DNA from: Betaproteobacteria bacterium | Lineage (GTDB): Bacteria > Pseudomonadota > Gammaproteobacteria > Burkholderiales > Nitrosomonadaceae | DNA: 24,000 nucleotides | Assembly: GCA_004356775.1 (NCBI GenBank) | Contig: SMXG01000046.1 | Span: 1 to 24,000, forward strand | Reading direction: 5' to 3' | Shown here: positions 18,785-24,000 of the stretch, piece by piece | Numbering within the stretch: the first letter of the stretch is position 1 | How the letters are laid out: each line of letters opens with the position of its first letter | Translations under genes and position numbers: made by a program | Notes under the pieces: generated by a model | Seen by the model: only the letters and a program-made list of their open reading frames with translations | Told to the model about the DNA's origin: nothing | The model's database searches: none

Positions 18785-19987
18785 TTACGTCTTTCCGCCA
18801 GGGTTGGTCAGCTCGGGTGGCTGCACATGATTCTTGTCTACAGAATGGGGCAACACCGGTGTGCCTGAACGAAGCTTGATAAGATTATCGACAATTACTT
18901 TGTCACCTGCTTTAAGTCCTTCAAGAATTACCCAATCTTTCCCCATCCATCTGCCAGTCACGACAGGTCGCATCACGGCTTCGCTCTTTTCATCTACCAC
19001 ATAAACTGATCTACCCAGATCAGATGTCAGTACTGCAGTCTGAGGAACAAGGAAAACGCCCTCGCGTTCGCCTGTTGTAACACGGACACGAACAAACTGT
19101 CCCGGTAGCAAACGCTGATCAGCATTATCAAATGTTGCACGTAATTGTTGTGTGCCTAGCGCGGGGTCAATTTGTCTAGCAGCAAAATTCAGCTTGCCAC
19201 TCTGATCGTATTCCGTACCATCCGGCAGTATTAAGGTTACGTGTCGTACGTTTTGTTCACTTAGATATCCGCCGAGTTTTGCCAGTTCATTATCAGAAAG
19301 ACTAAAACGCACCCAGATTGGCGACAATTGAATGACCGTCGTTAGCAAACTGGTATTGGCTTCTACCAGCGCCCCTTCAGAAAATTGGAAGCGGCCAGAT
19401 ACCCCTTTCACAGGAGCTGTAACAGTTGTATAAGAAAGATTCAATTCTGCATCGCGTACGCGAACTTTGGCCTGTTGCAAGGCAGCATTTGCAACCGCAT
19501 TATCAGAAACCGCGTTGTCATATTCACGTTGACTAATAGACTTCGTGACGTGCAGCTCTTGTAAACGATTTTCTTCACGTCTGGTTTGTTCAATCCGGGC
19601 TTTCTGCTCATCGAGTTGAGCTTTTGCTTGTGCCAGTGCATTTTGATAGGGGATCGGGTCAATCAAGAACATAGGTTGACCTGCTTTAACCGCAGTACCC
19701 TCTTCGTACAAGCGTTTGAGCAAAATCCCCCCCACACGAGGACGTATTTCAACTTCCTTAGCACCTTCTGTCTGTGCAACGACCTCAGCACTAATTGGCA
19801 CTCTGGTAGGCTGAACCTGGATCACGCTGACAGGCATAGCCATATTGGAAGCAGGATTACTAGATGCTTCCTGGTCGGCGTTACTACATGCAGCTAGCGC
19901 AGCACTAATAGCCAGCGTAATAGCCATTTTTAACTGGGCACCAGCCTGCAAATTGTAAAAATTGTGTCGGTTAAAATTAAAGAACAC
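18785..19987 (-). CDS. RND efflux periplasmic adaptor (membrane fusion protein, AcrA/MexA family)
   Basis: The protein is 400 aa from the track's GTG start. It contains the lipoprotein-like signal [14 protein letters not shown], a coiled-coil hairpin region, and beta-barrel/MP domains. The true start may be internal (ATG at 19927, or TTG 8 codons upstream of it). It lies 11 bp upstream of the RND permease gene. Confidence 0.9.
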   Translation of the reverse strand: MFFNFNRHNFYNLQAGAQLKMAITLAISAALAACSNADQEASSNPASNMAMPVSVIQVQPTRVPISAEVVAQTEGAKEVEIRPRVGGILLKRLYEEGTAVKAGQPMFLIDPIPYQNALAQAKAQLDEQKARIEQTRREENRLQELHVTKSISQREYDNAVSDNAVANAALQQAKVRVRDAELNLSYTTVTAPVKGVSGRFQFSEGALVEANTSLLTTVIQLSPIWVRFSLSDNELAKLGGYLSEQNVRHVTLILPDGTEYDQSGKLNFAARQIDPALGTQQLRATFDNADQRLLPGQFVRVRVTTGEREGVFLVPQTAVLTSDLGRSVYVVDEKSEAVMRPVVTGRWMGKDWVILEGLKAGDKVIVDNLIKLRSGTPVLPHSVDKNHVQPPELTNPGGKT

Positions 19988-20094
19988 TATTAATTAATTC
20001 CATATGTAAGGCTAAAATTACTTGCAAACATTCATGTATGTATGTCATTATATATACAAACAATAATGAATGTAAATAAAAATCTGGGGGTCGT
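19988..20094. promoter_or_regulatory. Divergent control region between the TetR regulator and the RND operon
   Basis: This is a 107-bp very AT-rich spacer. An 8-bp inverted repeat ACATTCAT (20028-20035) / ATGAATGT (20066-20073) has arms each preceded by CAAACA-like sequence. The operator is not defined. Confidence 0.35.
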
Positions 20095-20712
20095 ATGGTA
20101 CGCAAAACTAAAGAAAACGCAGAGCTAACGCGACAGGGTATTATTCACGCGGCGCGTGAAGTATTTTTAGTTCGCGGTGTTAGCTGTACCACCATGGAAC
20201 ATATTGCTATCCAAGCTGGCGTCACTCGTGGAGCAATCTATTGGCACTTCAACAACAAAACCGAACTATTCCAAGCTATGCGGGAACAAGTATTCCTGCC
20301 ATTGATAGATCGCATGGACGATACTTTACTAGTTGAAGATTCAAAGAATCCGATTGATCGTATAGAGAATTTCTTATGTAAAACAATACAGACCCTAAAT
20401 GAAAGCACTGAAACTCGTAAAATGTACGAAATCATGCTGATCAAGTGCGAGTATGTGGGCGAGTTCTCTTCTGTATTACGGCAAATTTTATTAACTAGCT
20501 CAGACATAGAAGAAAAAATGCAGCTTGCTTATAAAAGAGCAAAAGAGCAAGGGCAACTACATTCCTCACATAATCCGGCTCAGTTGGCCATCGATACGCA
20601 ATTATTTTTTATTGGTCTGTTGCTTATGTGGGTGAGAGACTCGGACGGTAATCATTTTCGCAATCGGGCAATTGAACTGATCAAAGCCCACATGAATCTT
20701 CGTCATCTTTAA
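20095..20712 (+). CDS. TetR/AcrR-family transcriptional repressor
   Basis: The protein is 205 aa. The N-terminal HTH is GIIHAAREVFLVRGVSCTTMEHIAIQAGVTRGAIYWHFNNKTELF. The gene is divergent from the RND efflux operon. Confidence 0.88.
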   Translation: MVRKTKENAELTRQGIIHAAREVFLVRGVSCTTMEHIAIQAGVTRGAIYWHFNNKTELFQAMREQVFLPLIDRMDDTLLVEDSKNPIDRIENFLCKTIQTLNESTETRKMYEIMLIKCEYVGEFSSVLRQILLTSSDIEEKMQLAYKRAKEQGQLHSSHNPAQLAIDTQLFFIGLLLMWVRDSDGNHFRNRAIELIKAHMNLRHL

Positions 20713-20845
20713 AAAATATTCTCTAAACAAACTACTTCAATCCCGCCAGCTACATCCTAGCGTTGGCGCAGTTTTAATGCTAGTGCTGGTCCTTGGGAAA
20801 CAAATTTGGTTTCCGCAACCGGTATACCCAGTAAATTATACATCT

Positions 20846-20898
20846 ATAGTTGACTAAATTTATCAAGTATTCTATAGTTGACTAAATTGATCAAGTAT
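20846..20898 (+). promoter_or_regulatory. Two tandem IscR type-1-like operator boxes
   Basis: The boxes are ATAGTTGACTAAATTTATCAAGTAT (20846-20870) and ATAGTTGACTAAATTGATCAAGTAT (20874-20898). Each matches the E. coli type-1 IscR consensus ATASYYGACTRWWWYAGTCRRSTAT at 23 of 25 positions. They sit inside a 28-bp tandem duplication (20843-20870 and 20871-20898, one mismatch) about 60-110 bp upstream of iscR. Confidence 0.65.
20850..20878 (+). promoter_or_regulatory. Candidate sigma70 promoter of the iscR-suf operon
   Basis: The -35 is TTGACT (20850-20855), followed by an exact 17-nt spacer and the -10 TATAGT (20873-20878). The -35 lies in repeat copy 1 and the -10 at the start of copy 2. Both are overlapped by the IscR-like boxes. 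The AAGGAGG RBS is at 20942-20948. Confidence 0.55.
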
Positions 20899-20955
20899 TA
20901 GAAATATTGGTCGCGCCATATTCAGATAGCTTCATCCAAATAAGGAGGAATTTTT

Positions 20956-21438
20956 ATGCGGCTAACAACCAAAGGACGGTTCGCAGTTACAGCGCTCTTA
21001 GATCTTGCAATGCAACGCAGCAGCAGCCCGGTGAAGCTTGCTGAAATCAGCGAACGCCAGCAAATATCGTTATCTTATCTTGAACAATTGTTCACTAAAC
21101 TCCGCCAATGCAAACTTGTTGACAGTGTACGTGGTCCTGGTGGGGGGTATTGCCTTGCTAAGAAAATGGAGCATGTGTCGGTGGCCGATATCATCCTTGC
21201 TGTTGACGAACCGATTGACTCGACACAATGCGGCGGCAAGGAAAACTGCCACAACGACAAGAAGTGCATGACACACGATCTATGGACAAAACTTAATCAA
21301 CTCATTTTTGATCACCTAGGTGCAGTAACCCTAAAACAACTAGTTGACGACCAGCAAGTAAGGCAAGACGGTGCTATGCAAATAATAGACATGCGTAAAG
21401 TTATACCAGGTCACCAGCACACTGTGGCTTCAGCTTAA
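20956..21438 (+). CDS. iscR: Rrf2-family Fe-S cluster regulator IscR
   Basis: The protein is 160 aa with N-terminus MRLTTKGRFAVTALLDLA and the block ISLSYLEQLF.KLR...LV.SVRGPGGGY.L. The cluster ligand spacing C-x5-C-x5-C-x2-H (QCGGKENCHNDKKCMTH) matches the IscR ligands Cys92/98/104/His107. Confidence 0.9.
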   Translation: MRLTTKGRFAVTALLDLAMQRSSSPVKLAEISERQQISLSYLEQLFTKLRQCKLVDSVRGPGGGYCLAKKMEHVSVADIILAVDEPIDSTQCGGKENCHNDKKCMTHDLWTKLNQLIFDHLGAVTLKQLVDDQQVRQDGAMQIIDMRKVIPGHQHTVASA

Positions 21439-21502
21439 TCCACAAGGAAAAAGATATTCATCTATTGTCAATCATATTTTTAGATAGTAAATGGAGGTAG
21501 TA

Positions 21503-21844
21503 ATGGCAATTACATTGACTGAGAATGCGGCAAAACAAATTCGGAAAAAACTCGCACAGCGTGGCAAAGGGTTAGCTTTGCGAATCGGTGTAAAGAAAGT
21601 CGGCTGCTCCGGTTTTGCCTACACATTTGACTACGCCGACGAAGTGCACGCTGATGATCAATTGTTCGAGTCGCATAACGCCAACGTAGTGGTCAATGCC
21701 AGTAGTCTGCAGTTTCTGGATGGCTCGAAAGTTGATTTCATCAGTGAGGGACTCAACGATTCTTTCAAGTTTGACAACCCCAACGTCGAAAACGCGTGCG
21801 GCTGTGGTGAGAGCTTCAGTCTGAAAGAACCGATTAAAGCTTAG
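21503..21844 (+). CDS. sufA: A-type Fe-S cluster carrier (SufA/IscA/HesB family)
   Basis: The sequence is MAITLTENAAKQI...LRIGVKKVGCSGFAYTF, with the C-terminal motif CGCGESF. The track ORF starts at 21491. The ATG at 21503 is preferred because GGAGG lies 5 nt upstream of it. The sufA name comes from operon context. Confidence 0.8.
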   Translation: MAITLTENAAKQIRKKLAQRGKGLALRIGVKKVGCSGFAYTFDYADEVHADDQLFESHNANVVVNASSLQFLDGSKVDFISEGLNDSFKFDNPNVENACGCGESFSLKEPIKA

Positions 21845-21926
21845 CTAATAAATACACGAAAAATCTTTGAATAAGTGATCCAAAGATTACCCATTGACCA
21901 ATCAAAATGATATTGGAGTAAATTGA

Positions 21927-23363
21927 ATGAGCGCAGCGATACAAAATATAGTTAACCAGCCCTATAAACATGGTTTCGTCACAGAAATCGAGTCTGATGT
22001 TGCCCCAAAAGGACTTAATGAAGACACCATTCGGTTAATTTCGACCAAGAAAAATGAACCCGAGTGGTTACTCAATTTTCGCCTCAAAGCGTATCAACAT
22101 TGGCTCAAAATGGAGGAGCCGAAGTGGTCAAACGTTAAATACCAGAAGATCGATTTCCAGGCAATCAGCTATTACTCTGCACCAAAGTCGAAGAAGAAGC
22201 TGGCTAGTATGGATGAAGTTGATCCTGAGTTGCTGCGTACATTCGAGAAGCTTGGTGTGCCGATGCAGGAGCGTGCAGCACTTGCTGGTGTTGCGGTTGA
22301 CGTAATCTTTGACAGCGTGTCGGTAGCGACCACCTACAAAGAGAAGCTTGCTGAGATCGGCATCATTTTCTGCTCGATTTCGGAAGCCGTTCATACACAT
22401 CCCGAACTTGTAAAGCAGTATCTTGGTACCGTAGTTCCAATCGGTGATAATTACTATGCTGCGCTTAACTCAGCAGTGTTCACCGACGGTTCATTTTGTT
22501 TCATCCCGAAAGGCGTCAAATGCCCGATGGACCTATCAACTTATTTCCGCATTAATACTCAGGATTCAGGACAGTTCGAGCGCACGCTTATCATCGCTGA
22601 AGAGGAAGCGACAGTCTCCTATCTTGAAGGCTGTACAGCACCTAAGTTTGATACCAACCAGCTTCACGCAGCAGTGGTTGAATTAATTGCACACGACAAC
22701 GCAAATATCAAGTACTCGACAGTCCAAAACTGGTACGCAGGGGATGAGAACGGCGTTGGCGGTATTTACAATTTTGTTACCAAACGCGGTCTAGCAAAAG
22801 GTAAAAATTCTCGCATTTCGTGGACCCAAGTTGAGACTGGCTCAGCAATTACCTGGAAATATCCCTCATGTGTGTTGCAGGGTGACAACTCAGTTGGCGA
22901 ATTTTATTCGGTAGCAGTCACCAATAATTATCAGCAGGCCGACACCGGCACCAAGATGATACACATTGGTAAAAATACACGCAGCACCATCGTTAGTAAA
23001 GGCATATCGGCTGGTCACTCCACCAATAGCTATCGTGGACTAGTCAGGATTGCGCCGACTGCTGCAGGTGCTCGTAATTTTTCACAATGCGATTCGCTGC
23101 TGATAGGTAATCAGTGCAGCGCAAACACCTTCCCCTACATTCAGGTGCGTAATAACAGCGCTAAAGTCGAGCACGAAGCGTCGACATCAAAAATCGGCGA
23201 AAACCAATTATTCTACTTTGCACAACGTGGTATCGGAAACGAGGAAGCAGTGTCGATGATCATCAATGGATTTTGTAAGGATGTTTTTCAACAACTGCCG
23301 ATGGAGTTTGCAGTTGAAGCGACCAATCTACTAGGTTTGAAGCTCGAGGGAAGTGTTGGATGA
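21927..23363 (+). CDS. sufB: Fe-S cluster assembly scaffold SufB
   Basis: The protein is 478 aa. It contains typical SufB sequence: [44 protein letters not shown] and YRGLV.I. Length and operon position fit. Confidence 0.95.
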   Translation: MSAAIQNIVNQPYKHGFVTEIESDVAPKGLNEDTIRLISTKKNEPEWLLNFRLKAYQHWLKMEEPKWSNVKYQKIDFQAISYYSAPKSKKKLASMDEVDPELLRTFEKLGVPMQERAALAGVAVDVIFDSVSVATTYKEKLAEIGIIFCSISEAVHTHPELVKQYLGTVVPIGDNYYAALNSAVFTDGSFCFIPKGVKCPMDLSTYFRINTQDSGQFERTLIIAEEEATVSYLEGCTAPKFDTNQLHAAVVELIAHDNANIKYSTVQNWYAGDENGVGGIYNFVTKRGLAKGKNSRISWTQVETGSAITWKYPSCVLQGDNSVGEFYSVAVTNNYQQADTGTKMIHIGKNTRSTIVSKGISAGHSTNSYRGLVRIAPTAAGARNFSQCDSLLIGNQCSANTFPYIQVRNNSAKVEHEASTSKIGENQLFYFAQRGIGNEEAVSMIINGFCKDVFQQLPMEFAVEATNLLGLKLEGSVG

Positions 23364-24000
23364 TTTACCAAGACAGCAAAACGCTACTTAAGGTGCGCGG
23401 GTTGTACGCAACCGCTAAAGGCATTGAGATACTCAAAGGGATTAATCTTACTGTCAAAAGTGGCGAAGTGCACGCGATCATGGGAACAAATGGTTCAGGT
23501 AAAAGCACTTTTGCCAAAGTACTCGCCGGCCACGCTGCTTATGAAATCACGGGCGGCACAGTAGTCTTTAAAGGTAAGAATCTATTTGATCTAGCGCCGG
23601 AGGAACGTGCGAGAGCTGGCATGTTTCTTGGCTTCCAGTACCCCATAGAAATTCCAGGGGTTGCGAACAACCAGTTCCTGCGTCTTGCTTACAACAAGGC
23701 ACAAGTACAACGCAACAAAGACGAACTTGATCCACTTGAGTTTGACGATCTCGTCCGAGAGAAGATGAAACTACTTAAAATGGATCCAGAGTTTCTGGAT
23801 CGTAGTGTTAATGAAGATTTCTCCGGAGGAGAGAAAAAACGCAATGAAATATTACAAATGGCACTGCTTGACCCTAGACTTGCTATTCTTGATGAGACCG
23901 ACTCCGGCCTCGACATTGACGCAGTCAGGATCGTCGCTAACGGTGTTAACCAGCTTGCTAATAGGGATAATGCGATCATACTGATTACACACTATCAACG
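23360..24000 (+). CDS. sufC: Fe-S cluster assembly ATPase SufC (3' end off window)
   Basis: This gene is not in the ORF track because it has no stop in the window. The ATG at 23360 overlaps the sufB TGA (ATGA). Translation gives [58 protein letters not shown]..., signature [13 protein letters not shown], Walker [13 protein letters not shown] and H-loop ITHYQ. The antisense ORF 23689-23979 is a shadow. Confidence 0.92.
   Translation, partial: MIYQDSKTLLKVRGLYATAKGIEILKGINLTVKSGEVHAIMGTNGSGKSTFAKVLAGHAAYEITGGTVVFKGKNLFDLAPEERARAGMFLGFQYPIEIPGVANNQFLRLAYNKAQVQRNKDELDPLEFDDLVREKMKLLKMDPEFLDRSVNEDFSGGEKKRNEILQMALLDPRLAILDETDSGLDIDAVRIVANGVNQLANRDNAIILITHYQ

Noticed and set aside
14483-18879. ORFs on the opposite strand or in other frames inside the RND operon (for example 14483-14929 at 148 aa, 17332-17793 at 153 aa, 15745-16023, 16276-16497 and 18679-18879)
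   Set aside because: They overlap strongly supported efflux genes on the opposite strand or in other frames. Their compositions (Ser/Thr/Ala/Ile-rich, low complexity) are typical of shadow frames.
20796-20814. Hairpin GGAAAC-N7-GTTTCC downstream of the TetR gene as its terminator
   Set aside because: The stem is only 6 bp, no T run follows, and it lies 84 bp after the stop. It is too weak to call.
21038-22686. Alternative-frame and antisense ORFs in iscR and sufB (21038-21271, 21070-21276, 21075-21269, 22054-22305, 22128-22400 and 22444-22686)
   Set aside because: They are embedded in the confidently identified iscR and sufB genes. Their sequences are Arg/Ser/Leu-rich shadow translations.

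Overview
This is a chromosomal region of mostly housekeeping and autotrophy genes from a visibly AT-rich chemolithoautotrophic proteobacterium. Gene content and protein sequences look betaproteobacterial and Nitrosomonas-like, but the taxon is inference only. From left to right the window holds:
- a frameshifted, stop-riddled P2-type cation ATPase pseudogene whose two parts flank an intact, oppositely oriented nhaD Na+/H+ antiporter gene;
- ubiE, a DUF971 gene and a secreted FKBP-type PPIase;
- a gene-poor gap of about 1.07 kb containing a transporter C-terminal relic;
- a PBP7/pbpG-type DD-endopeptidase, an Atm1/HMT1-type ABC exporter and an orphan 131-aa ORF;
- the red-type (form IC) RuBisCO cluster cbbL-cbbS-cbbX with divergent cbbR;
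- a TetR-associated tripartite RND efflux operon (MFP-RND-OMF);
- iscR-sufA-sufB-sufC, where sufC runs off the 3' end and is absent from the ORF track.

I found no rRNA or tRNA genes, CRISPR arrays, transposases, integrases, phage genes or recognisable defence genes. I do not see a convincing novel multi-gene system. The best leads are modest:
- nhaD nested inside the ATPase pseudogene;
- a 28-bp tandem duplication that creates two IscR type-1-like operators and a near-consensus promoter in front of iscR-suf;
- the orphan Cys-motif ORF and the structured spacer downstream of cbbX;
- several perfect two-copy tandem duplications in intergenic DNA.

All calls rest on reading the sequence and recalling family motifs. 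No database search was run.
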